Assembly (NCBI GenBank): GCA_963695555.1
Contig: CAVOGR010000007.1
Coordinates: 672,001-736,000, forward strand
Source of the DNA: an uncultured Gemmatimonadales bacterium
Lineage (GTDB): Bacteria > Gemmatimonadota > Gemmatimonadetes > Gemmatimonadales > GWC2-71-9
Reading direction: 5' to 3'
Length of the DNA stretch: 64,000 bases
Below the pieces are notes generated by a model. The model did no database searches, had not been told where the DNA came from, and worked only from the letters and a program-made list of their open reading frames with translations. The stretch's first letter is position 1. Every line of letters begins with the position of its first letter. This document shows positions 1-9,479 of the stretch, piece by piece. Position numbers and translations under genes: made by a program.

Positions 1-610
1 GCTCCCACACTTCGGCCAGCTGGTGAGTCACCAGCACGATAGCCCGGCCGCGCTCTAGCTCTCCCGCCAACACCCCGCGGAACAACTCGGCACCCACCAC
101 ATCGAGTCCCGTGAAAGGCTCATCGAGCAGCACGATGCTCGGATCGTGCAGCAGCGAGCGGGCGATGGCGACGCGCTGGACGGTGCCGCGGCTCAGCTGA
201 CGCAGCGGATCGAGCGCCCTGCCCGAAACTTCCAGCGCCTCGAGCGCCGCAAGCGCCCGCGGCTTGGGATCGGACAGCCCATAGAGCCGGGCCGCAAACA
301 TGAGATTCTCGAGCGGCGTCAGATCGTCGTAGAGCAGCGTCTGGTGGGACAGGAGACCAATGGGCCGGCGGGTCTCGGGCTCGTGCGAGCGCACCGGATT
401 ACCCATGATCTCGACCGTACCCGCTGTCGGTCGCATGAGTCCGGCCAGAATACGCAGCAGGGTGCTCTTGCCCGCGCCGTTCGGCCCGAATACGACCAGG
501 GCCTCGCCCTGGTGGATAGCCAGATCGAGGCCGCGGAGCACCCTCAGGCTCCCGAATGCCCGCTCGATTCCCTTCCCCTCCAACACCGGAAGGTCAGTGC
601 CGCCCGACAA
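1..610 (-). CDS. ABC transporter ATP-binding protein, CcmA-like (3' end off-window; start uncertain, TTG 610 or GTG 586)
   Basis: Manual translation of minus strand: Walker [10 protein letters not shown], signature-like [13 protein letters not shown], Walker [12 protein letters not shown]-loop VTHQ. Confidence 0.8.
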   Translation of the reverse strand, partial: MSGGTDLPVLEGKGIERAFGSLRVLRGLDLAIHQGEALVVFGPNGAGKSTLLRILAGLMRPTAGTVEIMGNPVRSHEPETRRPIGLLSHQTLLYDDLTPLENLMFAARLYGLSDPKPRALAALEALEVSGRALDPLRQLSRGTVQRVAIARSLLHDPSIVLLDEPFTGLDVVGAELFRGVLAGELERGRAIVLVTHQLAEVWE

Positions 611-854
611 CGGCGTCTCGGTCGCCGCGGATTGGGCCGGCAGGTCGGGAGTCAGTGACGATGATGGCAACTGGGATCCGTCGGTTGGGGCCGGCGGGGG
701 GGGTCGTTCCGCGCAGGACGATGGAAGCACAGGGCGGCACGGCGCGGCCCGCGTGTCGATGGCGGCCGGTCCCGGGCCTCGGATGAGGCGGGGAAACGGC
801 TGGGCCAGAAGATACTCTGAGGGGTGTGAACTGAGAAGAGCACCGGCGCCAGGC

Positions 855-1175
855 TCAGGCCGGTTTCGTTCCCGAGACCTCGAACAGGTCGTCCAGCTTG
901 GTGAGGGTCAGCAAGAACCTCAGCTCGTCGCTCGCGCCTTCGAGCGCAACGATCTGGCGATGCTCGGCCGCATGCCGCTGAATGAGCATGAGCGCGCCGA
1001 GCCCCGCGGAATCGACATGGGCCGTGGGCGCCAGGTCGATGACCAGACGCCCGCGACCCTCCGGCAGGGTGTCCAGCAGGTCGATCGCCGCGCGACGGAA
1101 TTCGTGGCGCGTGTCCAGCCCGAGAGTCTCCGGGGCGGCGATTCTGCGAGGCACGGCGTTGTTGCTACTACTCAA
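855..1175 (-). CDS. STAS-domain anti-sigma-factor antagonist
   Basis: [18 protein letters not shown] (phosphorylatable Ser motif) and [17 protein letters not shown] upstream of TTG at 1175. Confidence 0.85.
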   Translation of the reverse strand: MSSSNNAVPRRIAAPETLGLDTRHEFRRAAIDLLDTLPEGRGRLVIDLAPTAHVDSAGLGALMLIQRHAAEHRQIVALEGASDELRFLLTLTKLDDLFEVSGTKPA

Positions 1176-1243
1176 GCTCGAGGTCTCCTCCGAGGAATCA
1201 TTGGGCCAGGCCGACCGACTGGGCGAGGCTACCCCCGTGCAGG

Positions 1244-1258
1244 GCCAGAGCGGTGCCA
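1244..1258 (-). promoter_or_regulatory. possible sigma54 -24/-12 promoter for the STAS gene
   Basis: Minus strand TGGCAC-CGCTC-TGGC (GG-N10-GC); -12 element imperfect. Confidence 0.4.
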
Positions 1259-1403
1259 ATGCCCGAAACTACTTGTCCTACATGATGTTACAGTCATCGC
1301 TGACACCCAAATCCGGCTATTCTACCCCGCGAACCGCGGTGGGCTACGGGATTCTGCAAAGCACCTTCTTGCACACCGGGTGACCGCCCTCACAGGCTGC
1401 GAC

Positions 1404-1432
1404 TTCACAAAGGCAACAACCGCGAGTAACAT
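1404..1432 (+). promoter_or_regulatory. sigma70-like promoter for acs, probably leaderless
   Basis: TTCACA-N17-TAACAT, then 7 nt to ATG 1440; no SD. Confidence 0.55.
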
Positions 1433-1439
1433 CTGCCGA

Positions 1440-3395
1440 ATGAACACACAAATCTCGACACTCCTATCGGAGCAGCGCCGCTTCACGCCACCGCCATCGT
1501 TCGCGGCCCAGGCAAACGCCACCGAGACGATATATGACGAGGCCGCCCAGGATCGTGAAGCTTACTGGGCCAACCAGGCCCGCACGCTCGATTGGATCGA
1601 GCCGTGGACCCAGGTGCTCGACTGGCAGCCGCCACATGCCCGTTGGTTCGTGGATGGCAAGCTGAATGCCGCCGTCAATTGCGTCGACCGCCACCTCACG
1701 GGACCGCGTCGGAACAAGGCCGCCCTCATCTGGGAGGGGGAGCCGGGTGACCGGCGGGTCCTGACGTACTGGGACTTGGCACGCCAAGTCAATCAGTGCG
1801 CCAATGCCCTGAAGAACCTGGGAGTCAAACGCGGCGACCGAGTCGCCATCTATCTCCCGATGATTCCTGAAGCCGCCATCGCAATGCTCGCGTGCGCCCG
1901 GATCGGCGCCGTTCACTCCGTGGTCTTCGGTGGCTTCTCCGCCGACTCGTTGCGCGACCGGATCATCGACGCCCAGGCTGTGGCCTTGATCACGGCCGAC
2001 GGCGGCTACCGCCGGGGGCAGGTGCTGCCGCTCAAACGGGTCGCCGACGAAGCGGTGGCCGATTGCCCGTCGATTCGCCACGTGGTGGTCGTACGACGCC
2101 GCCCCGGCGGCGCGGGCGACGAGGCCTGGGCCAACATGCAGGAAGGCCGCGATCACTGGTGGCATCGCATCGTTGACACCGCCGCCGCCACCTGCCCGCC
2201 CGAGCCGATGGACGCGGAGGATCTCCTGTTCATCCTGTACACCTCGGGCACGACGGGAAAGCCCAAGGGCATCGTCCACACCACCGGCGGATACCTCACC
2301 CAGGCCGTCGCCACGACGAAGTACGTCTTCGACTTGAAGGAAGACGACGTCTTCTGGTGCACCGCCGACGTGGGCTGGATCACCGGACACTCCTATATCG
2401 TGTACGGCCCGCTGGCCAACGGCGCAACGATCGTGATGTACGAAGGGGCTCCGGACTGGCCCGATCGCGATCGGCTATGGGAAATCGTGGAACGCTACGG
2501 CGTCACCATCTTCTACACCGCGCCCACGGCCATTCGCGCATTCATGAAGTGGGGGCCGAGCTTCCCCAGCCGCCGGAACCTCTCGACCCTGCGCCTCCTC
2601 GGCACCGTGGGAGAGCCGATCAATCCCGAGGCATGGATGTGGTACCACGAGCACATCGGCGCGGGACGCTGCCCCGTGGTGGACACGTGGTGGCAAACTG
2701 AGACGGGCGGCATCATGATCACCCCGCTGCCGGGAACCACCACGACGAAGCCGGGCTCCGCCACCATTCCCTTCCCGGGCATCACGGCTGAATTGGTGGA
2801 CGCCTCCGGCGAGCCGATGGATCGCGGCGGGGGCTTCCTGACCCTGACACAGCCATGGCCCGGGATGCTGCGCACCATCTACGGCGACGACGAGCGCTAC
2901 CGTGAGACGTACTGGAGCCGTTTCCCGGGACGGTACTTCGCCGGCGACGGCGCCAAGGTGGACGAGGACGGCTATTGGTGGATCCTGGGCCGGGTGGACG
3001 ACGTCTTGAACGTCGCCGGCCACCGCATCGGCACCATGGAGATCGAGAGCGCTCTGGTGGACTTCCCCGCCGTGGCGGAGGCTGCGGTGGTAGGCAAAGC
3101 CCACGAACTCAAAGGCCAGGCCATCGCGGCCTTCGTGACGCTAAAGGAGGGGTGCAAGCCGACCCTCGATCTCAAAGACGACCTCAAGGAGCACGTCGCG
3201 AAGAAGATCGGCGCGATCGCGCGCCCCGACGACATCATCTTTGCCGCCGATCTTCCCAAGACCCGGAGCGGTAAGATCATGCGCCGGTTGCTGCGCGACG
3301 TGGCCGAGGGACGGGCCTTGGGAGATACCACCACCCTGGCAGACCCGAAGGTCGTCAGTACGCTGCAGCAGAAATACGAGGCCGACGAGGGATAG
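1440..3395 (+). CDS. acs: acetyl-CoA synthetase
   Basis: [44 protein letters not shown]; homologous N-terminus starts at ATG 1440, not 360. Confidence 0.97.
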   Translation: MNTQISTLLSEQRRFTPPPSFAAQANATETIYDEAAQDREAYWANQARTLDWIEPWTQVLDWQPPHARWFVDGKLNAAVNCVDRHLTGPRRNKAALIWEGEPGDRRVLTYWDLARQVNQCANALKNLGVKRGDRVAIYLPMIPEAAIAMLACARIGAVHSVVFGGFSADSLRDRIIDAQAVALITADGGYRRGQVLPLKRVADEAVADCPSIRHVVVVRRRPGGAGDEAWANMQEGRDHWWHRIVDTAAATCPPEPMDAEDLLFILYTSGTTGKPKGIVHTTGGYLTQAVATTKYVFDLKEDDVFWCTADVGWITGHSYIVYGPLANGATIVMYEGAPDWPDRDRLWEIVERYGVTIFYTAPTAIRAFMKWGPSFPSRRNLSTLRLLGTVGEPINPEAWMWYHEHIGAGRCPVVDTWWQTETGGIMITPLPGTTTTKPGSATIPFPGITAELVDASGEPMDRGGGFLTLTQPWPGMLRTIYGDDERYRETYWSRFPGRYFAGDGAKVDEDGYWWILGRVDDVLNVAGHRIGTMEIESALVDFPAVAEAAVVGKAHELKGQAIAAFVTLKEGCKPTLDLKDDLKEHVAKKIGAIARPDDIIFAADLPKTRSGKIMRRLLRDVAEGRALGDTTTLADPKVVSTLQQKYEADEG

Positions 3396-3416
3396 GCCGG
3401 CTCGGAGCCGAGTGCT

Positions 3417-5300
3417 CTACAGTCGCACCTGCGCGCCCAGCTCGACCACGCGATTGGGTGGGATCCCGAAGAACGCCGTGGCGCTCTGCGCGTTCCGGGA
3501 CATCACGATGAAGAGGACCTTCCGCCACAGGGCGAACTTGCTGGTGCCCGAGCGCAGGAGCGTTTCCCGCCCCAGGTAGTAGGTCGTTTCCATCGGCTTG
3601 ACCATGAAGCCCACGTCTTTGAGTTGCTCCAGGATCGCCGGCACGTCGGGCGTCTCCATGAACCCATAGCGCGCGACCACCTGGAAGAACCCCTCCCCCA
3701 GTTCCTCGAATTCCCAGCGCTCCTCGGCGGGCACCGTGGGGAACTCCTCCGACGCGACGGAGAACATCACCACCCGCTCGTGGAGCACCTTGTTGTGTTT
3801 GAGATGGTGGAGCAGCACCGACGGAGCGCCGCCGGGGTCCGGGGTCATGAACACGGCCACCCCGGGCACGCGCTGCGGCTTCCGTTCCTTGATGTCGTGC
3901 AGGAACAGCTCCATCGGCAGCGTGGACTGCCGCTTGATCCCCGCCAGGATGGCCCGGCCCCGCTTCCACGTGGTCATCACGGTGAAGACCAGGGCGGCGA
4001 CGAGGAGCGGAAACCAGCCGCCATCGGGAATCTTGATCAAGTTGGCAAACAGAAACGAGAGATCCACCGCGAGGATCGGCACGGCCACCAGCGCAACTTT
4101 CAGCCAGCTCCAATGCCACCGTTCCCGCGCGACCGCGCTAAACAGCAGCGTCGTGACGGTCATCGTCCCGGTGATGGCCACACCGTACGTACCCGCCAGG
4201 TTCGACGCGGACCGGAACCCGAGCACCAACCCGAAGCACGCGAAGCCGATGAGCCAGTTGACCTCGGGGATGTAGATCTGACCGGCTTCCGTATGCGAAG
4301 TGTGGATGATGGTGACCCGAGGCGTGTAGCCCAACTGGAGTGCCTGCCGGGTGAGGGAGAACGAGCCGGAAATGAGCGCCTGCGAGGCAACGACCGCGGC
4401 GCCGGTGGCAATGACGACCATGGGATAGAGCGCCCAGGACGGGACCAACTCGTAGAATGGGTTCCGGATCGCCTCAGGATTGCTGATCAGGAGCCCGCCC
4501 TGGCCGAAGTAGTTCAACACCAACGCAGGCAAGACAACTGCGAGCCACGCGAGCCGGATGGGTCGCTTGCCGAAGTGCCCCATGTCGGCATACAGGGCCT
4601 CGCCACCGGTGACCACCAGCACCACGACGGCCAGAATGAAGATGCCCTGAAAGCCGTGACGGGCGAAGAAGGCGACGGCGTGATACGGATTCACCGCTTG
4701 GATGACGCTGGGCTCCCGCAGAATGCCGGACACCCCGAGCGCGGCGATGCAGGAGAACCAGACGAGGGTGAACGGCCCAAAGATGGCCCCGACGCCGGCG
4801 GTGCCCCACTTTTGAACCCAAAACAGCGCGAACAGAATCACCAAGGAGAGCGGCACAATCAACGGCTCGAATGCGGGCGTCGCGATGCTGAGGCCCTCGA
4901 CCGCGCCTAGGACCGAGATCGCGGGCGTGATGACCCCATCACCATACAGGAGGGCGGACCCGAAGAGGCCGATCCCGACCAGGAGCAACCGGCGTTTGGT
5001 AGTTGCCCGGGCTGGCCTGAGCAGGGTGAGTAGGGCGAGTACCCCGCCTTCGCCGCGGTTGTCGGCCCGCATCATCAGCGAGAGGTACTTGTAGGTAATG
5101 AGGAAATTGAGCGACCAAAATATCAGCGACAGCACGCCGAGCACGTTGTCTTTGGAGAGCGGGACGCCAAGCGGGCCATCAAACGCTTCCTTCATGGCGT
5201 AGAGCGGGCTGGTCCCGATGTCGCCGTACACCACCCCGACCGCTCCGATGGCGAGGGCTGCCAGGGCTTTCCCGCTGGGAGGCTTACCGTCCAGGGTCAT
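3417..5300 (-). CDS. kup: KUP/HAK/KT potassium transporter
   Basis: GVVYGDIGTSPLY, ADNRGEGG, YGDGVITPAISV, GGEALYADMGHFG, GQIYIP. Confidence 0.97.
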   Translation of the reverse strand: MTLDGKPPSGKALAALAIGAVGVVYGDIGTSPLYAMKEAFDGPLGVPLSKDNVLGVLSLIFWSLNFLITYKYLSLMMRADNRGEGGVLALLTLLRPARATTKRRLLLVGIGLFGSALLYGDGVITPAISVLGAVEGLSIATPAFEPLIVPLSLVILFALFWVQKWGTAGVGAIFGPFTLVWFSCIAALGVSGILREPSVIQAVNPYHAVAFFARHGFQGIFILAVVVLVVTGGEALYADMGHFGKRPIRLAWLAVVLPALVLNYFGQGGLLISNPEAIRNPFYELVPSWALYPMVVIATGAAVVASQALISGSFSLTRQALQLGYTPRVTIIHTSHTEAGQIYIPEVNWLIGFACFGLVLGFRSASNLAGTYGVAITGTMTVTTLLFSAVARERWHWSWLKVALVAVPILAVDLSFLFANLIKIPDGGWFPLLVAALVFTVMTTWKRGRAILAGIKRQSTLPMELFLHDIKERKPQRVPGVAVFMTPDPGGAPSVLLHHLKHNKVLHERVVMFSVASEEFPTVPAEERWEFEELGEGFFQVVARYGFMETPDVPAILEQLKDVGFMVKPMETTYYLGRETLLRSGTSKFALWRKVLFIVMSRNAQSATAFFGIPPNRVVELGAQVRL

Positions 5301-5312
5301 CGGCCGTCGACC

Positions 5313-5756
5313 TCAGGCCGCGCCTGGCGCGGCCTGCCGAGAGAATCGGCGCCGGTCGAGGACAGCCACCACGACCACGGCAGCAACGATCACCGCCGAC
5401 GCCACGCACCACCGGCAGATGGCGTGGATGATGAACAGCTCGAGATAGGTGAGATAGATGGCGAACAGGAGCCCCACGCCTGATGCCGCGATCAGCATCG
5501 CACTGACGCCGCGGCTCTCGCTCCACCGTGGTTGGAGTCCGGCCAGAGATAGGACGAGCAGCGCAGCATAGCCCGCCAGTCCGATCAGCGCCACGTCGAC
5601 GCCGAAGAACGTGCTCCAGCGGCTGAGCTGAACTGTCTCACATCCCCCGGCGCCGCACGCCAGGCTGCCGATCTTTCCGAGTTTGTACAGGTACAGGTAG
5701 GCCGAGACGAACACTCCGCTCAAGCTGAGGAGTGCCGCGGCCATCCGGTATTTCAC
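5313..5756 (-). CDS. vitamin K epoxide reductase (VKOR) family protein
   Basis: 4 TM segments, loop cysteines CGAGGC, active-site CRWC; GTGA overlap with the dsbA-like gene. Confidence 0.92.
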   Translation of the reverse strand: MKYRMAAALLSLSGVFVSAYLYLYKLGKIGSLACGAGGCETVQLSRWSTFFGVDVALIGLAGYAALLVLSLAGLQPRWSESRGVSAMLIAASGVGLLFAIYLTYLELFIIHAICRWCVASAVIVAAVVVVAVLDRRRFSRQAAPGAA

Positions 5757-6418
5757 GGCGCCGTTGGTGGTGAGAGGCTGTCGACGAGAACCTTCAGGCG
5801 ATCGTAGGACACCGCGGCCGCCGTGGCCGGCCGGCCGTTCACGAAGAACGTCGGCGTCGAATTCACGCCAAGCCTGACACCGCTCTCCACGCTCGCCTGG
5901 ATCCGGCCGGCATACTTGGCCGAACGCATGCAGTCATCATACGCCCCCATGTCCAATCCGAGGCGCTCGGCGTAGGAGCGGAATTCCTTGGCCGCATTCC
6001 TGGCTTCCGACCACTCGGCCTGGCCCTCGAAGACGGCGTGATGTTGCTCCCAATAGCGGCCCTGGTCATCGGCGCAGGCGGTGGAGTGCGCCGCGGTGTG
6101 CGCGGCCGGGTGCTGCTCCAGGGGGAAATCCCGAAAGCGCCAACGAACCTGCCCACCGTCGATCAGGCGCTCCTTGACCGTGGGGAACTGGATCAGCGCG
6201 AAGCCCTGGCAATAGGGACATTGGTAGTCCGAGTATTCGATGACCTCCACCGGGGCCGATGGAGAGCCGAGGACGTAGCCGACAAAGCCGGCGGTATCGG
6301 CGGGGGCGACAACGATGTTGGCGGGAATGCCGACCTCGGCCGGACGCCGCACCATGTACACCAGAATGCCGGCTCCGACGATCGCGGCCGCGCCCAGCAC
6401 CAGGTAGAAATTCCTCAT
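5753..6418 (-). CDS. membrane-anchored DsbA-family thiol-disulfide oxidoreductase
   Basis: N-terminal TM, EYSDYQCPYC, cis-Pro motif VNSTPTFFVNG; ATGA overlap with upstream gene. Confidence 0.92.
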   Translation of the reverse strand: MRNFYLVLGAAAIVGAGILVYMVRRPAEVGIPANIVVAPADTAGFVGYVLGSPSAPVEVIEYSDYQCPYCQGFALIQFPTVKERLIDGGQVRWRFRDFPLEQHPAAHTAAHSTACADDQGRYWEQHHAVFEGQAEWSEARNAAKEFRSYAERLGLDMGAYDDCMRSAKYAGRIQASVESGVRLGVNSTPTFFVNGRPATAAAVSYDRLKVLVDSLSPPTAP

Positions 6419-6723
6419 TCCGACTCCTTTCGCCGCCACGGTTTGTCGTCATCGTGGTCGTCGTCAAGCGGCGCGGCCTCTGCCCGACGAGCCTCCTCCA
6501 CGATCCGGCGGCTCTCGGCCAGTTCCGGCGTGTCATAGGTCGACCGGACTTCGTAATGGAATAGCTCGCTCCGCGCCTCGCCAAAAAGCCGCATCAACTC
6601 AGGCACGCCGGTCAGCAGCCGTCCTTCCCGGTCCAATCGCTGGATCCGGTCTGCGATGCGTCGTAGGAGATCGACCAACCGGTTTCGCCGGTCCTCTCCA
6701 TAGGTCTCGTCGTGGTTCGTCAT
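6415..6723 (-). CDS. hypothetical helical protein (102 aa), first gene of the dsbA-vkor-kup operon
   Basis: GGAGGTGA SD upstream; stop overlaps the dsbA ATG. Confidence 0.75.
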   Translation of the reverse strand: MTNHDETYGEDRRNRLVDLLRRIADRIQRLDREGRLLTGVPELMRLFGEARSELFHYEVRSTYDTPELAESRRIVEEARRAEAAPLDDDHDDDKPWRRKESE

Positions 6724-6818
6724 CCGTCGCGCGTCTCACCTCCACTGCGCGCCGGAGAACCCGGCGGCAGGCGGTCAAATCTAATGGACTCGCGCCCATC
6801 ACAAAGCGGCGGCCTCGA

Positions 6819-6847
6819 TTGCACCAATCGGCCGGCACCTCTATATT
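6819..6847 (+). promoter_or_regulatory. sigma70-like promoter overlapped by an inverted repeat
   Basis: TTGCAC-N17-TATATT; CGATTG-cac-CAATCG at 6816-6830. Confidence 0.55.
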
Positions 6848-6904
6848 CTCAGCGCGGCTATCAGTAGTCCGTGAAACGAGTTACCCAGTTGCCAAGGACG
6901 GTGC

Positions 6905-7177
6905 ATGACCAACAAGACGTCTGAGTCGTTTTCGCCGACGCCGGCTTCGTTCGACCACGCTCGCGATGAACTGTACAGCCACATCCTGCGGTGCGGTGTG
7001 TTGGAGGCCACGGAAGAGCATCGGAAAGAGTGGTTCGACGACACCATTCAGTATCTCGCCGAACGCTACGAGGAACTCACCGACGAGCAGGTGCACATGC
7101 TCCGCACGTTGGGCGAGCGCTATTGCCAGCCTGTGGTGCAGCGTAACGAGGCTACAGTCGGGTCCCCAAACGACTGA
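6905..7177 (+). CDS. hypothetical protein (90 aa)
   Basis: AAGGA SD, promoter upstream, protein-like acidic helical composition. Confidence 0.75.
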   Translation: MTNKTSESFSPTPASFDHARDELYSHILRCGVLEATEEHRKEWFDDTIQYLAERYEELTDEQVHMLRTLGERYCQPVVQRNEATVGSPND

Positions 7178-7231
7178 ACGCGACGCGCGTCGTGTCGATT
7201 GAGCACACCTGAGGCCTGCGCCGTTGTCGGC

Positions 7232-7696
7232 TCAGCCACCCGGCACATACTGCCCCCGGACGCGACGCCACCGGTAGCTCGCCGATAGTCTGAGCCCGCC
7301 CCCTACACCCACCTCCAACGCCCAGCCAGATCCCGCACCCGGTCGCGCTTCGAGCCCCAGAATCAGTACCACGAACCCCTCCGTTTCGGGCCCGCCGGTG
7401 ACGGCGATTCCGCCACCCCCGTAGGCCCCGACTCCGCGCCGCGCACGCGGCGTGAGCAGGAACTGCCAGAGCAACTCGCCGCGCCACGCAAAGGCATCGT
7501 CCGACACGCCCGCACCGACGAGGGCCGCGACCCGGACCCGGGATGACGGCCGCACGGCACCGTAGAGCCCGCCCACCCACACCGCCGGATCGGCCGCGAG
7601 CAGGGTCGCGTGGATCCCGACCTCTGTGACGCGTTGCGCGTGAAGGGCGGGCGCCTGGCCCGCTCCGAGCAGCGCGACGACGACGCTACGCCACAA
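7232..7696 (-). CDS. exported protein, probably a small outer-membrane beta-barrel
   Basis: Signal peptide ending ALHA|Q from TTG 7696; alternating amphipathic Gly/aromatic strands; C-terminal LSASYRW. Confidence 0.6.
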   Translation of the reverse strand: MWRSVVVALLGAGQAPALHAQRVTEVGIHATLLAADPAVWVGGLYGAVRPSSRVRVAALVGAGVSDDAFAWRGELLWQFLLTPRARRGVGAYGGGGIAVTGGPETEGFVVLILGLEARPGAGSGWALEVGVGGGLRLSASYRWRRVRGQYVPGG

Positions 7697-8096
7697 CCAC
7701 GCGCGACGCAATCGCGATATCCGGCGCGAGGGAATGCACGACGGAGCAGTACTTCTCCAAGGACAACGTGACGGCTCGCTCGGCCTTGGCCTGGTCCAAC
7801 CCGTCACCCGCCATGTGATATACCAAGGTCACCGCCGTGTAGCGTCGGGGTTCCTCCTCCCTCCGAGTCCCTTCCACTTCGACCCGGAGCGACTGAAGCG
7901 TCACCCGCATCTTGGTCAGGATGAGCACGATGTCCGCGCTGCTGCAGGACGCAACCGCCAGCAGCAGCAGCAACATGGGGCCCGGCGCCTCCGCATTCTC
8001 GCCATCGATCGCGACCCAGGGGCGCCCAGGTTCCCCACCTTCGAAGCGCAGATCGCCTCGCCACTCCAACGCCACGTGTTTCACCGAAGGCTTCAC
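7686..8096 (-). CDS. OsmC/YhfA family protein
   Basis: GPMLLLLLAVASCS and SLEKYCSV (two conserved Cys); GAGGA SD before GTG 8096. Confidence 0.9.
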   Translation of the reverse strand: MKPSVKHVALEWRGDLRFEGGEPGRPWVAIDGENAEAPGPMLLLLLAVASCSSADIVLILTKMRVTLQSLRVEVEGTRREEEPRRYTAVTLVYHMAGDGLDQAKAERAVTLSLEKYCSVVHSLAPDIAIASRVVVA

Positions 8097-8106
8097 CGCA
8101 TCCTCG

Positions 8107-8655
8107 CTAGAGTCGTCGGCCCGCGACCGGCGCCGCACGGTAGTAGTCCCGGATCGAATAGGCCGCCACCAGGGTAGTCAGCCAGGCGAGCGGTCTCAGG
8201 ATGGGCCACTCGCCCAGAAAGGCGAACAGGGTCAGGACCTGGGCGGCGGTGACGGCCTTCCCGCTCCACCGGGCAGGGATGGCCGTCGGCCGATGGGCCG
8301 CCACCGTCCGAACGAACATCACGGTGGCCACGATGTCCCGCAGCAGCACTCCGACGATCTCATACCACGTGAGAGCGCCGGAAAACGCGACCACCCCGAA
8401 GGCCGCGGCCATGAAGAGCTTGTCCGCCACCGGATCGAGCACCAGACCCAGCCGCGACCCGCCCACGTGCCGGGCCAGGAGGCCGTCGAGCAAGTCGCTG
8501 AGCGACGCCACGGCCACGATGACCGCACGCCACACCGGGTTCCCGATCAGCACAAATGCCACCGCCAGCGGTAACCGGATGACCGTGAGCACATCGGCCG
8601 CGGTGAAGCGCCACGTCGCTTGCTGCCCCCGAGGCGCAGGACTACCTTCGGTCAT
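8107..8655 (-). CDS. CDP-alcohol phosphatidyltransferase family protein
   Basis: SDLLDGLLAR...G..LDPVADK motif. Confidence 0.9.
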   Translation of the reverse strand: MTEGSPAPRGQQATWRFTAADVLTVIRLPLAVAFVLIGNPVWRAVIVAVASLSDLLDGLLARHVGGSRLGLVLDPVADKLFMAAAFGVVAFSGALTWYEIVGVLLRDIVATVMFVRTVAAHRPTAIPARWSGKAVTAAQVLTLFAFLGEWPILRPLAWLTTLVAAYSIRDYYRAAPVAGRRL

Positions 8656-8682
8656 CGCTCACTCATGGGTGTGCCGATCCCG

Positions 8683-9141
8683 ATGCACCTCGACATTCTC
8701 CGCACTACCTCCATCTTCTCCGCCCTCGATGACGGTGAATTGGCACGCGTCGCCGAAACGTGCCAGGAACAAACATATCGAACCGGCCAGAAGATCTTCA
8801 CGGAAGGGGAGGCCGGTGATCGGCTGTTCATGGTTGCCTCCGGCAAGGTCCGGATCAGCCGACTGATCCCCGGATCGGGCGAAGAGGCGCTGGCCGTACT
8901 CCAGCGGGGGGCGTGCTTTGGAGAGATGGCGGTGTTCGACCGGTCGACCCGATCGACCGACGCGATCGCCGAGACCGACTGCACTCTCATCACCATCTCC
9001 CGCGCAGACTTCGAGACCCTGCTCGACTTCAATCGCGACCTTGCCGTCAAGGTGCTGCGGTCGGTCGTGCGCCTGCTGAGCACCCGACTGCGTCAGACGA
9101 ACGACAACCTGCGCGCCTTCCTCGCCATGTCCATGTTCTAG
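8683..9141 (+). CDS. stand-alone cyclic-nucleotide-binding domain protein with C-helix and no HTH (start 8665 or 8683)
   Basis: IFTEGEAGDRLFMVASGKV; phosphate-binding cassette FGEMA....RST. Confidence 0.9.
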   Translation: MHLDILRTTSIFSALDDGELARVAETCQEQTYRTGQKIFTEGEAGDRLFMVASGKVRISRLIPGSGEEALAVLQRGACFGEMAVFDRSTRSTDAIAETDCTLITISRADFETLLDFNRDLAVKVLRSVVRLLSTRLRQTNDNLRAFLAMSMF

Positions 9142-9143
9142 CG

Positions 9144-9479
9144 GTGAGCAACACCTTCCGTCAACTATGCGTGGAGCTCGAGGGCATTCCCGGAGCGACA
9201 CTCGGTGACCAAGCCGGACTTTCCGGCGTCGTGATTGCGGCAGCCGCGGCCATCGGACTGTCGCCCTATGGAGCCCCGCTCGCACGGTCGGGACCGCGCG
9301 GCACGGTGGTGGCCGTGCTGTGCCACGGAGGACACGTGGTACTCCACGCGCTCCCGGAACAGAGTATGTGTCTGGTCGATATCGTCGCCGGCGGAACGCA
9401 GCAGATCGAACGCGGCGTCGACGTCATCGCCAAACGGCTGGGAGCCACCAGCCGGCGCTCCTCCGGCGAGCGGCGCTAG
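9144..9479 (+). CDS. S-adenosylmethionine decarboxylase (SpeD)-like protein, degenerate active site
   Basis: Pattern matches class 1B SpeD (RQLCVEL; G....VL..GHVVLH..PE....VDI) but E-S-H is G-G-H. Confidence 0.7.
   Translation: MSNTFRQLCVELEGIPGATLGDQAGLSGVVIAAAAAIGLSPYGAPLARSGPRGTVVAVLCHGGHVVLHALPEQSMCLVDIVAGGTQQIERGVDVIAKRLGATSRRSSGERR

Noticed and set aside
360..1439. 360-aa N-terminal extension of the acs ORF
   Set aside because: Antisense shadow of the ccmA-like and STAS genes; Acs homology and a promoter point to ATG 1440
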